A stretch of 64,000 bases of DNA from Lingula anatina (taxonomy: Eukaryota; Animalia; Brachiopoda): the NCBI GenBank assembly GCA_051362555.1, contig CM120640.1, positions 5,456,001 through 5,520,000 on the forward strand, in the 5' to 3' direction. The notes under the pieces were generated by a model, which was given only the letters and a program-made list of their open reading frames with translations, had not been told where the DNA came from and ran no database searches. The position numbers and the translations under genes are program-made. Positions 9,975 through 24,100 of this stretch are shown here, piece after piece. Position 1 is the stretch's first letter. Every line of letters begins with the position of its first letter.

Positions 9975-10657
9975 CGTTTATATAATCCGTATTGATTTAA
10001 TCGAGTTTGGTGCCCTTCTCCAGCTTGATTACTAAACAAGGTAAGACTTATTGGTTTTGTGACTAGTAACACATTTTGAAACGGACGGGCTACAATACAA
10101 ATAAATCTCCAATCATAAAAGATTATTGACAGAGGGAGTACAATATTAATGCTATTGAATAATAATAATAATACATTTACAACAAGCCGTTTTGATATGT
10201 ATTGCTTTTCTAATTAGTTTTCAAAGTACTACTTTACAAACAGGAAAGATTTGAATATTTAATAACTGAATGTATTAGTGGTAGCTGGTTATTTCCTGTG
10301 TCAACTAAGTTCAAATCTGGTATTAGTTTAGTAATTATACTGTCCTTGAGGATGTATAATTTACATATATTACTCTACTCATTTGTATATAATAATCACT
10401 CATATTGTACAAATGATAATATGCTATGATGAGTTTGGCTTAAAAACAAGCCAGCTATTTATTCAAAACTAAATATCTAAAAGCGTGCTGGTTTCAGTAC
10501 GTACGGGTGACTACCGCAAACAACAACTGGGCAACCTTTCCAGTGAAATTGATCAGTCTCCCTGTGGAGTGGCACATGAAATGTGACCTTGCGTGATATA
10601 TAAAACGTTATGTTCTCTTTCTTCTGCCAAGTTTGAAGTACTTAATTAAGTAAGAAG
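9975..10657. promoter_or_regulatory. Divergent promoter region of PBK and the C1orf87-like gene
   Basis: Head-to-head genes. Candidate minus-strand donor at 9973-9974, CHR-like TTTGAA at 10075-10080, CCAAT at 10109-10113, locally more CpG. Confidence 0.55.
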
Positions 10658-13600
10658 ATGCCAAAACTGGGGAGAAGGGTAAGTTTGGCTTGGTTCTCGA
10701 GTCCATCGCCACAAGACTTGTTCTGATAAGTGATGACCGTTGTATTGTTATTTAGCAATAGGACTGCTTCGTGGCTTTCCAGTGCATGTGTTTTAGTTTG
10801 TCACAAAATTCCACGACATCACCACGAACCTGGAAGAATCAGTGAAGTGAAAGCGTTCCTTAATTTAAGTGTAGATGAAATGTATTATTAGTGCCTGTGC
10901 TTCTATTCAGTATGTCAACGTAGAACCCTGGAAATAAACTTTTGGCTTGCTTTGAAGTTTGATGAAATTGATAATTCAATTAGATGTTTTTTCTCTTAGT
11001 TTTGGATATGGTCGATTTTATCAATTTAGAGAAGCCTATATTTTGTGTGTTAGATTTAGCCATTTTCTGACCTTTACATGATTGTTTAGTACAATGAAAT
11101 TGTATAAGTGTGTGCACATGTAGAGAAATGGGCTAATGGTGTATATTATTTATCCCTTCAAACGTCAAGCGCTGGTCAGATGAGGTAAAATACTTTTTGC
11201 AGTGTTTAACAAAATATGTGAATGTAAATTTTAGTGAAACTTAAACATTTATTTCCTTGGAGAATTGTTGGTATTTATATATTGTCTGTTGAAGGAGAGC
11301 ATGAGTTATTATTCATCTTATTTTTGAATACATGTTGGAAAAAGAGAAAATCACTTGCTGCTGATGCGAAGCTATATTAAATATTATCTTCCAAGAAAAA
11401 GTTTGCCTTTTTCTTTTATTTTGTTTTAAATATTTTTTTCTACTCTGTATCTCATATTTTTATATATCTCAACCTGATTGTTAATTACTGAGTATGTTAA
11501 TTTGTTTGTTTGCAATCTGTTTGAATTATTTGCTGGTGTGAAATTGCTGAGCCTTCTCCTACATACCATCAGTCATAAGTTTGCTTTGCCAATAACATCT
11601 TTAAGTTGTCAAAGAACATTAGATATGACAAATATTAATGGTGATATATTTATTTAAGGTGGAGCCCACTAAAACACCTTGGAGGCTGATACTTAGTATT
11701 TTAAGTGTATTTGAATTATTTGCTTTACAGCAATTAAAAGAGATTTTATCTCTTTCTAAGAGTGACAGTTTGTGGGGTTTTAAAATAAACACATTAGAGA
11801 CACTTTCTAAGGTATTTGAACAATTATCAAGGACTAAAACTACTAAGCAATGGTGGTATGCCTACTTGAAATACAGTAAATGTTAATGATGTATTTTTCT
11901 AATCCCTTTCTTTCTCTTAAATTGATTCAATTTTTAGTTTTATGCGGTGGGTTTTTTTTTCAGCTTTACTCACAATGCCAATTATAGCATGAATTATTTC
12001 ATTATTAAAATGCTTCAAAAGACCTGCCACTAAGACAGTGTCATAGCCTTTTTGAAGATGAAGAGAGGTTTAGGGCATGAATCATCCTTTAATCTGTCAC
12101 TGTATTCTAGCTATGACCACGTGAATAAAATTCTTGACAATTGTTACTGGTATATTAAATTGTCAATTAGAAATTATACTAATATTTCTTTGTATTCTGA
12201 TTGTGGTTGTTATTCTTTTGTTTGTTTCAGAGTGACATACCTGATGTGCAATATGCAATCAGTAAGAATGTCACTACCACTAATGCTCCCTTTGGTACAA
12301 CTGACAGTCCCAATGTGAGGGTCAAGATTGTTGGGGGAAAGACGGTCATGGTATTAGATGAGTAAGTATAATATAGACTGGGATTTTATATTGGGAGACT
12401 TCTAATTTTTTCTAGTGAAAACATATTATTGTAGGCTGCAACAGGTTGCATACATTGAACAGTTGAGAATTCTTCCACATTATAAGATCATGAGTGGCTG
12501 TATGCAATCACATCTAAAATGTATAAAAAAATCAGCTGTTAGATTAATTGTACCTGGACATATATCAGCAGCTATGGAATTGAAATGAATTCAATTATGT
12601 TTTAGATTTCAGTACAATTTTCATAAAAATAAGCTTTCTATTTGCTGCCATACATATGCAGCAGCCTATACCATGCTAATAGTAATGTTGAGCCCAGACT
12701 CTAATGTGAGTAATCTTCCATATTATCCTCCTGAGCTCTGTAAGCTTACTTTATCACCCATTATCCGTATATTAATTAATATAGAAAACCCGGCTCGATC
12801 CATTTAATTAACTTGCATGAGAAACTATTGGCTATTGTTAAATCAATACACCTGCATCCCGCACGCTCAGTCTTGGCAGTCTCCCAATTATTAGAGAATA
12901 AAGGTAGGGGCATTGATTTAAATAGATTACTTACTGGGTACATATTGTACTGCTGTTAATCACTGACCTCTCTTCTGTTCAAGTTTCTATTCAACAATGT
13001 ACAAGGTCTGTACATCAGGAAATAAAAATGTTACATGAACATTTTTATCAATACTAAATATTACAATACAAGGATGGAGCATTATTGACAGAGGCAATTA
13101 AGACATGAGGTGTGCCTCAATCACATTATGAATGGTCTTCACATTTATTAACTATTTTCATTGGGATATACTTATATTGTATGTATAGTTCCAAATATCC
13201 TGTTTTGTATCAAAATCTTATTTAGTTTAATTTAAAAACAGGATGCAGTACTTTTATCTACCAATACAGTTTGTACTCGAATATTATGAATGTTGTATTC
13301 ATGTCAGGGTAGCAGAGTGACATTTTATTTCCTAGAATTGTATATACCTGTCAATTGTGAGTCAGTTATAAATACCATTCATAGACATTACATTAATACT
13401 CAACCCAGTAAAAATGCGATTAAAAACCTACAGTGATATATCTTTTAAAGCTGCAGGTCCAAAGGAATGGAATCTATTACCGCTGGAAATCCGAGCAATT
13501 CAGTCTACCAAACATTTTAAAAAAGAACTCAGAACATACCTTTTTAGGAAATATTTTGATTAACTCTTAATTGGTTTTATAAATCTTGTATTAATTGCAT

Positions 13601-16600
13601 TTAATTGTATGGAATAATGGCTGTTTTACCTAAATTTTATTTATGATATTTTAAGTAGTATTATTTATGATATTTTATGTAAAGTCTACTGAACATTTTA
13701 AATGGATTTTAGACTTAAAATAAATCTATTAAATAAATCTGTTATTATCGTACCAGGGTACATGTAAGATTGTACAATATTTTACTTTTAGCACTGGGAA
13801 AACAAGTCCCAAGTCAGGCAGTGCACTGGCACCCATTACAGAGAAACCCAATCATTTTGATCCCAAGGTTCTCACCAATGCTGATAGAAACACATCCCAG
13901 TGGGGGTTTTGTAGTGCACAGAAGGTAAAGTTAATTCCTTCATGGCATGTCTTTTTTCATCAAAAAGCAACATCTGAGAGTCACTTTGAGATTTTATTAG
14001 ATTTTTATTGCATTTGATATACTTTTCTATATTTTTTTTGTGATTTCACATAATTTATTATAAAAGGTTGGCCAGTTTATGTGCAATTAAACAATTTCTT
14101 TAACTACTAGTAATAACAATAAGTACCTGTAGTATGTTAATGTGGATAAGTCATGAAGATTGTTTTAATTACTAGCATTTTCAGATTCCTTATCAAAATA
14201 ATAATAAAATCCCATAAATATGTATACAAGATTACACATTTATATGTTCCTCAAAATTGTAACTTTTTGTGATTATCATTTTAGGACATACACAATTCTC
14301 ATTTCCACAAAGTAAGTCAGGGGAGGGGACCCCTGAACCCACATACTATACTGCCCCCTATCCACAACAGTCAACACTTTAGGAGTGAATCTACTCAGAC
14401 TGATGTAGAGGAAGGAACACAGACAGACTTTGATGATAACAATGATAAGGACATGTTCCAGAAGCATCTTGGTTATGGTGGAAACATGCCTTCACATGCT
14501 GTTCATCTGACAAAACAAGAGGAATTGACTCTTTTAAATCAAATCAATGAAGGTCTGGGCAGGTATGACCCTCAGCTCATGAGAGATTTGTACCTGGAAC
14601 TGACAGGATATGATAAACATTTAACTGGCTGGATTCTGTTTGAAGATCTCCAGCACTCCTTGTCTAAAATGCAGGTAGGATTAAATTTACCCACACCATA
14701 TAAACAGTTAAGGTCACTAACCTTTAACGTCTTTGTAAATCCAGAAAATATAAGTTTGTTGAAGTATGTGTATCATGTTCTCTGATACCTTGATAGCACT
14801 TTGTTTCAGTAAATTACAGAGCCCATATGTTGAAATAATGTCATTTATTCATGACAAATGTACATGTACTTTGTTTTGTACATTTATTTATTGAAATGGC
14901 CAGATAATTTCTACTATCAGTGCCACATATAAAACTTATGCATACCATTTCAATATATATGAATGGTGTCCATTCTGTTTCGAATGTGTTCTTCAACCAC
15001 AGTTTTTATTACATTTCAGGCTTATTCAAAAGCGAAGGTAAATGTTGTGAGACTGAAAGATTTACAAACAAGTTTCTTCTTGTGGATTTAAACTAAAAGC
15101 TTTCATTTTCTGTGCTTCTTTTGTTTTTAATGCCCATTGAAGTGAATATTGCACTCTTTATACTACTAATATCATCATTCATTGCTTTTATTTCATAATT
15201 TTGAGTTTCAGCACTGGCCTACATAGACTACATGTGTGTGCAAGCACAAATTCATAACTTTTTACACTTTATGATGATTTGCAGCGTGATTCCCTCTTAA
15301 CCAAGAGAAATTTTAAGAGTGAAATCTGAGTTTTCACATTTATACTGTCAAATTTGATTACTTTATAGTAGTGGGAAGCTATAAACTTATCTTTCCTGTT
15401 TTGGTCTCTCTGATAAAGAAAGCTGTGTTTATATGCATACATGTACCATCTGAAAAGGGGACTAAAAGTGACAAAACATTCCTTGCAGCTGTGGATTCTT
15501 AATTGTTTTTCTACTGGATTCATGCACTTCAATATTGCCTTTGATAAAAAGAAATTGATAGTAAATGGAATGTACTATAAACCATGTATCCTCTCTTCCA
15601 GGTGTATTTACCCCCACAAACAGTACGTCTGGCAGCATCTTTATTTGTATCTCCTGATCACCCAGGACAAGTCAACTATGAAAAATTTTTGTCCTACATT
15701 GGATCAGCAACAAAGGATTATAGATCTCAGCTTCAATCTGGGCAACCAAAGTATGCTATAGTTTTTAACATTTACAAGTTTTTGTGATTGAAAAAGAACT
15801 TGAGGTTTGTTGTAATAATTTGCTTTCATACACAAGAGCTGTAAAATAATTATGCATTGTATAAACTGTAAACATTAAAAGATTTCTAACCTACACATCT
15901 TTTACATATTGCAATAGCAGGTATAAAAAAATATGTACCTACAATTTTGTTTGATTAAAATTATAAATACAAAGATGAAACCAATGTGTGTTATTTACCT
16001 ACAATTTTGTAACAACTCTCATAGAACTGAGCCTCCAAAGAAAGTTTCCAATGTCAGTCCACAGACCTACCACAAGGGAGACGGCAGGGTGGCCTATAGT
16101 GACAAACTGAACAGTCCCAGGAGTGTTGCTGAGACGTCACCAAATGTAGATCAAAGGATCACATATTACAGGTATCCTGGGACACAGCCTACCTCAGAGG
16201 GGTACGTATGCAAGATGACTGGAATGACCATCAAATTATGTTATTTTGTTTGCTTATAATTGGGCATTCATGGCCCTGAAAGCCCAGTTAGAATTGTGTG
16301 GAAAAAACATTAATTCTAATTAACATACTGTACACATGTTTACAGTATTTCATAACTTTATTTGATTCACTTGAAAGAGAAACATTTAAGTTTACAATTT
16401 GTCACTGTAAGTTTAATCTTTAAAGATATATCCATTAAGAAGAAAAACATAATATTCGAAATTATTGCACATACCTATTACATTGTCCATACCTTTTATA
16501 TGATCTAAACAGACGTGTTGGTATAATATCTCATTGGAGCTCTTTAATTTAAGGAATTCCCCTAGAGAGCCAGATTGGGTGTATGAGGACAATGCCAAGT

Positions 16601-19517
16601 TACTTCGCATTATTGAAGATACATTCCTTCAAAGCAAAGATGAGATTGATCTGGAAAAGATGAGGTCATTGTTTGCTAAAGCTGACAGGGAGAGGCGAGG
16701 AACATTATCTAGGGATCAGGTAAAAACTCAACATACATACTAAATGTATACGATTCATAGGAACATTAGTTATTCTACTATTCTTCAGGGAAAGAAGACA
16801 ATTTTGCATTCTGAAATCAATATCTATCCAGGTGAATTTTGATATTTTTACATTTCTTACCAAGTTATTTTTGATATAGTAACATTGTTTTTAAGCATTG
16901 TGATCATTTTCATTTCAGATTAAGGACATTTGTGTTTACAGTTCCCTGCCTTTACAGGGGTCTGTTCTGGATAGGGTTGTGGATAAATGCAAAGGAATGC
17001 ATGGCCAATACCAGTAAGTTCATGAATAATTATAACATATTGATAAATATATTTTTAAAATATTGAATGAAAATTATTGAAAACAATAGTTCACTTTTAA
17101 AAATTCAATCTCTGCAATATCTGACTTGTAAATTATATACTCATTCCATTAACAAAATTGCACAATTTTCTTTTAATATTTATAGTTGGGAACAGTTCCT
17201 TGAATACTTGGAGAGGGTGCAGCCCCTACACACAGGCTTACCTATTCCTGATAGTAAAAAACCACTGGAATATGCCAAGCAAATTCTGGAGCCAACTGAA
17301 AGCTGGCCAAGGAAACCCACAGAATCTCCTGTACAGGTATCACCTAGGGTAAGTATTAATGTCCTGTAACAGTAAATTAATGAAATAAATATAAAATTAT
17401 AAGTTTTAACATTAGATAATAACTATAAAATTATGAAAGGATTGAAAGCTCACTATGAAACAAGCAATCTGAAAACAGAATGGAAAAGGTTGGCTGGATG
17501 TACAATGATACACCGCTGAATTTACTGGTCAAATTTTATCATATGAAATGTTTTTATTGGAATTTTAATTAAAAAAGGAACTGATCAGTGGATGTCCTCT
17601 CCAAAATATGTACATTTGTATACCCACTGTTTAACAGCATTTTATTTTGCTAAAACTGCACCCAAGCAAATTGCAACAATTATTTTTCTATGGTTGTAGG
17701 GAATCGACCCTGGCAGAGGTGCATATGGAGCTCCTTCAACATCAGGTCAGCAAATGAAATATAATGCTGTGGATCCCAATGACCAGATGCATATGAGGCA
17801 CTCAAGAATGGATAAACTGGATCATTTAGATAGCCGATTCAAAGAGCAGACACGCAGTGACAGTATTGAACATCAGTTGAAAGAACTTGAAGATAACTAT
17901 CAGGTAAAATAAATCCTCTGTTGACAAATCTACTGATAATCTTAGGTGGCCCTGAGTAAGGAAATTTGAGACAACTATTTTATGATCATCATTAGTTTAG
18001 TATATATATGGTGCAAGTAATCAGGTCAATACTCATGTTGAAGCACTGTTGCACTATAAATCACATTGGAGTCAAGAATATGTTGCATTTTGATTTGCCA
18101 CCATTGCACACTCTAGAAAGCCAGAGAATCTCTACAGAGACAGCAGGAAGTAGAGCATACTAGGTCACAGCATGTGGTTGACTCCCAGTAAGATAAATGT
18201 TGTCATTATATTTAGTGCATGGTGTGAAACATTTTATGTTGTGAAAAAGAATTGTTGAATGTATGGTTTATTTATTTGCATTTTCCCATCAATTCAATTA
18301 TTCTCTTCATTTTCATATTTATTGTCTTTTTTTTTTAATTTATATCCATTATCTTTGTTTGTTGAGCAGCTTTTCCAAGCTTGATTGTTTTGTCCTGATT
18401 TTATCTGATTTAATGTGCTTTATTTTTTCCTTTTATGAAACAAAACACATGTTGTGATTGATCTGAAATAAGTATCATTTTTCTCATTGTCATAACCTTT
18501 CCTTATTTATTTTAGGTCATTAGGCATAAAACATATTTGTTCATTAATTTTTGAAGAGACCCATGTATTCTGCATTGTCAGTTTGTCCAAAATGTATTGC
18601 CAAGACTTTAAGATTGCCAGTCTCCACAATATCAAAGAAATATTTTTGTTTTCCGATTTTGAAAAAGAAAAACTAATAACAGCACTATCTTTTGAGTACA
18701 TATGCACATATACTACACTAGAATTAATTTATCTATGAAATTCAATATTTGTCCAAGCATTAGCAGGTACAAGTTAGATACCTTGCATCTGCTTGTATAC
18801 AGCAGCTGATCTCTATACAGCTGATCTCTATACAATGAATGTGTATTGCACACTGTAATATATGAATATAAATTCAAAATCATAATATTTCTGTCTTCTT
18901 ACAGTATGCAAGACGGAGACTGGAGGAGGAGAGGCGACATGAGACAGAGCCATGGTTCCAGAGATTTATGAAGCTAGCCAATGCTCTGTACGAAAGTGAC
19001 ACAGATCATTCTGGTAGGTATCTTTTTAATATATCCAAATGACACGTTTCATAAATGTGGTATCCAAATAACGCATGCTTCATAAATGTGGCATCCAATT
19101 AAGACATGCTTCATAAATACTGCATACAAATACATGTAACGTGTGCTTTATAAATATGGCATCCAAATAACATGTGCTTCATACATACGATTTTAGAATT
19201 AAGACTGTTAGTAATATATTAGATAATACTGGTGTTATTGCTGTAACAAGTATCATTTACGTTCAAATTAAAGTCATAAATTTCATTTGCTGTATTTTGT
19301 TTTCTTTAATGTTTATATAAAATATAAACAAATTGAAAATTTTATTTTAGGAGCATTACCTGAAGATGAAGTGGAAAGACTATGTAACATGTACAATGAT
19401 GCTTATTATCTTGACATTCCTGAAAATGAGATACGCAAAGCAGTTAGACAGAGTTCCAGTGACAGAGGATTAGTGTACATAGACCCCCTTCTACAAAAGT
19501 TGGGTTTACAAAAATAG
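10658..19517 (+). CDS. C1orf87: C1orf87-like EF-hand domain protein
   Basis: In-phase exons from ATG 10658 (10658-10678, 12231-12361, 13792-13924, 14285-14674, 15602-15750, 16025-16201, 16554-16719, about 16919-17013, 17186-17348, 17700-17903, 18905-19013, 19351-19517). PFGTTDSPNVRVKIVGGK, YDKHLTGW, GQVNYEKFL, ADRERRGTLSRDQI and EPWFQRFMKLANALYESDTDHSGALPEDEVERLCNMYN resemble C1orf87 from memory. Confidence 0.8.
13393..13745 (+). mobile_element. 5'-truncated L2/CR1-group LINE (ORF2 C-terminus plus 3' UTR)
   Basis: 13393-13563 reads LILNPVKMRLKTYSDISFKAAGPKEWNLLPLEIRAIQSTKHFKKELRTYLFRKYFD*, the conserved L2/CR1 ORF2 end. AT-rich UTR, stem AAGTCTA(13682)..TAGACTT(13716), then AATAAA repeats. 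Confidence 0.85.
19033..19183. repeat. Degenerate tandem repeat, unit about 31 bp, about 5 copies
   Basis: Recurring ATCCAAATAACxCATGCTTCATAAATGTGGC-like unit in the last intron of the C1orf87-like gene. Confidence 0.75.
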
Positions 19518-21166
19518 AGTATTTACTGGTATTTCATTATGTTTATAGAGAAATGCATGTACATTGTGCCATATGTGTTAGTTGCCTTTGTGAACTTAGG
19601 GTGGAAATGTCTACTACTGTATTAAAAAACAACAAAACTTAATTGTCATTTGTAATATTTGCTCATAAAATTTTTTCCAATAAATTCGAGATATGAATCT
19701 GTACATTATCTGTGTGAAATAAAGTGCAAATAATTTGCCTGTGGGAACTAATCAACTCACAGGTGGCTAGTTTTAACTAGACGTTTAAAGTAAATGTTAT
19801 ATTGAGTACAAGTTTGAACTTCAGATTTATCTTAAAACAAGCTTTATGAACAAGAAATACTTGTTTGACTGTATATACTTATAAATAGTATTTTGTATAT
19901 TTGTTAGTACAGCTTGTCTCTGTAACATTGTTTTTGTCAGTTTTTGTATACTTTGTATTATTGATATTTTATTGTTTTTTACTATAAGTTTTTAATGTGG
20001 ATTATTCCAGGCCTGTTATTGTTATGATTGGAAAAATAGATGCTTTTTGATCACACACAAGCACCAGGTTCTAGATGCATTTGGCTATTAATTTGCTTCT
20101 GCGCATGGTCAGATCTTAGAAAGTTGCAAGATATGCTTTCTGTTATATATTTCATTTGTCATCAAACACACTTATGCCACACTATGTATAGCGACCACCA
20201 ACAGATAGAAATATTTTTATGCAATGCTTAGTAGTACATGTACCTTACAAATTTTTTATTGCAAACTATAAATGTAAATATGTTTAATGTTGTTCAATGG
20301 TGACACTGTATGAAAAAAATATCAGTAAGATACTTTTTGTTTGTTAAAGCATATCTCTTTTGTAAATATTTACTGAATGAAGAGTTTTAAAATGTCAAAT
20401 TTAGCAATTGTTTAATTCAAGTCAAATATATGAAACCATAATCTAACTTTTTAAATTAAGATATTATTTGACTTTGATTTTTTTCATTAAAATTTTACTG
20501 TTTAGTTCTGTTACATCAAGGAGTTAACCTCTTTGGTTAGACACTGTATGTCTCCATTCTTTACTGGATTACGCATAGCAATAATAACCATCGTGATTTG
20601 TAGAATCAAATAATATTATCAAAAGCATTTGTTGCTCAACCACAGAAAGGATGATAATTAAATTAACAGGTATTATATTGTGTTCAGTATGTGCCTCTAA
20701 TACATTTTACAGTATTAGCTTATTCATGTATTAAATAAACTTTCTCTCTGTAAGTGTTGTTTTCTGATACTCCCAGTAATAGTAAGTAATGCATCCTGAC
20801 AATATATTCTGAGATCATTACACAATGCATTATCACTTTAAACACAAAACAGTGGATTTGTGAAACTGCAAATTAATTTCTTATTTAACTATTCTACGAC
20901 TTATCTATCTACCATATTTGAAAACAAAAAAGATCCAAATGTTACGACGAAAAAAAAAAAAAAAAAACATTACTGCTGAAATGCGTATAGCAGTAGTGAT
21001 CTAGCTAAGCTAGATGCTAAGAGCAAGAATCTTATTGTGTACATATCGGTGGCTAACGGATATCCATAGTACAATTCAAAACTAGAACCTAGAGATTCGA
21101 CATGTAAATTCTACGAACAAATATGTGTGTATCCTTAAGTTAAAAAGCACAAACTACTTATATATC

Positions 21167-24100
21167 ATGGACTGGAATAGCAAATTTTCAAATATTGTAC
21201 GGGAAACCGAAGAGAGTCTTTCGAGAGTCAAGGTAAGCTTGAGTACAACACCAAGAAGTTGAAGTACCTGTACAATGTGAATGCTTGTGAGGCCGAAAAC
21301 TGAGGCAAACAATGTAAATGCAGAACAAATGTACATGCAGTACACATGTACTAGTAGTAGAAGTAGTAGTTTACACTCATGCAGTTTGCTCCAAAAATTT
21401 TTTGTCTTTGATAAGGGTTTCCTGCTCATGTAAATTACTGAAATTAATTTCAATTCAAAAGTGTCTCAAGTCAAATGTTTTATGTTTACATTTTACAAGT
21501 CGTTTTAGAGAATTTTCTGCTTACAAAATGTATTAAATTTTTGTAGCTGCATTAAGCACATGTAGCAGAGTGTTTCTCTGTCAGGTAACATGCATTTAGA
21601 TCAGGACATTTTTTTCTAGAATTTTAACAATGTGTTGACACTGTGGTAAAAAGTTAAATATGATTTGTTCTGTGCCTCATATTTACCAGAGAATTTTTTT
21701 ACACTGAAATCAGCAACGACTTGGTTCTGCAAGAGCAACCACATCATCGGCCTTAGCAATACAATCCCCAACCTTCTCACCAAATGTGAATGTTCACACA
21801 GAGAGCTACAGGAATACCAGGGAAGCTGAGAGCCCACGAGTACGATTCCATCCCTCTACTTGGTCACGGGACACTGATGTGGGATCAAGAATTGCCCCTC
21901 TTGATCAGTCACCTGCTGTGGTGCTCCTGTTACAGGATAAAATTGAGGAACAGGGAAGGGTAATATATAATACAGTTGTAATCTAACCATTTAGAGATAA
22001 ATTGGTATTGTAATGGTTTACATATAAGTTGAGGAAATATTTGACTACATGTACATGAATCTGTAAAATACGTCAACAAAACATGTGCCCCAGTATTTTA
22101 GATATATCTGCTATTCAGATAGAAAAATGCAAAATTATCCATGTTATTTGCAACACTTAATCTGTTTTATGACTTTTCTATCTAGACAATCGAACATCTG
22201 ACACGAACTTTGAAAAGATTGGAACAAGAGCGAAATCAAAATAAGCAAGAGTTAACAGCATTAAGGGATGACATGTCACACTTGAATTCTCGCATATCTG
22301 AAAAAGGCATAGATTTGAATACGGAAAGAAAAATAGAACAATGGAGAAGGGACATGAGTACAGAGATACAAGTGCTTCAGAGCCAGTTACAAATATATCG
22401 TACTGCTGATGACTCACAGAGATTTACAGAGGGACAGCTTGCATCTCTGATTAGAGAAGTGCATGATTCGTAAGTAATACAAATAATACAGCAATACTTG
22501 GAGTGAAATCACATGTAAGATGTGTATCATCAGAGCTGTTGTTCATTCTCCCAAAATTTCAAGCTAGTGTTAGAGAAGAGTTATATAATGTTTAGAAACT
22601 GAATTTAATGGAGTTTTGTAATATTGTAAAAACAGTTTACAATTTGCAAAATAAGATTTGTTAAAGTTCTAACCAATACATTTGGAATTTTTTCCAGAAA
22701 GAGATATGTTCAAGAAGAATGTGAAACACTGCGAAGGGCTGTGGAGAATCTTAAAACCAGAATGGGTGAGTGGACATTCATTTTAGGAATTAATTTTATT
22801 GTCAATTTTTTAAAATTTTAACTTATTTTGGAGATCTGTTATAGATTTTATTAGATTTTATTTTTTCTCAGTGTTACTCACATAGCTCTATGAGCTATTT
22901 GGAATATATATTATGACTTCAGTTAATCACTTACTGTACATATACGAAAATGTTTACTTTTGATTATGTGTATTGTACGGGGACTATTTTGATTGTTTTT
23001 GTCATTTTACTATTTTTGCAATTCTTTTAGTGAAGATGGAATTAGAAATGACAGCACTGCAAGCAGACAACAAAGAACTTAACCGTAGACATGACAGGCT
23101 GGATATGGTAAAAAAAATCAAACAAGATATTTTTTGATTGATATGATTTCTTCATTTAATAGCATAGAAAAACATAATAATGTTGAATATTTTCAGTCTC
23201 AGTTTATTAAGAGCAATGGTGTATATTTTTATGTAAATTATAACTGTTTCATTTCTTTTCTATTCAGACCATTAGAGATGTGTCAGATCATCAACTCACC
23301 CAGTCAAGGAGCTTAAACAGGAGCCTGGATGAAAAGGATTATGATAAAATCCAGCTAGCAGAACTAAGGTACATCAACAGAAATGTAGACAAACAGATTT
23401 GCTGCCTTAACAACTTTAACAAAGTGCCATCATTAACCAGCAGTGGGCATGTAGTATGTACCATATATTTTATCACAGATACAAACGCGTCTCTCTGGCA
23501 TTTCAGTCTTTTTAAGCCTACATGCAGTGTGCACAATTTGTTTTTTCTTGCTTACAGGACGACAATCCGCTCACTCAGGGATAAATTGGGCAGCATGGAG
23601 GAACAGTGGTCTCCACAGAGAGAGAACTTTGCCAAAGGTACTCGACTTGTACATTTGAAAATTATTCACTGTTCTTGTTTGTTTGAGAAGTATGTCAGCT
23701 TATGATGTCAAAAAATAAACACTTTATACTTGGAATATTATGTTTTATTATTAAATAAGTTTGTTGAATTGATTTTGATCCTGTCAAAGCGAGTTGTGAG
23801 AGCTTCTAGGCTCAATACACGTTTAAGTTGTTATCATTACAGCACCAGAAGGAAAAGGGAAGTTAAAATCGAAGGCAAAACAGAAGAAAACCAAAGAAGC
23901 TCTACTGTCCCCAGATACCAGTGATCTAGAAATGAGTAGCAGTACCAGCTTAGCAGATTATTCCAGCTCAGACTTTGACACTGTGCCAAAAGAGCGGAAG
24001 AAAGTGAAAGAAATAGGTGAGTATACCAGAATACCAAAGATGCACCAGGGAGTTATTTTTCATTTAAAAGTTCAATGTTTTAATATTTTTAAAAGACTTT

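Noticed and set aside
21125-21140. U12-type 5' splice site (GTATCCTTA)
   Set aside because: Imperfect match upstream of the ATG, with no paired U12 branch point or acceptor.
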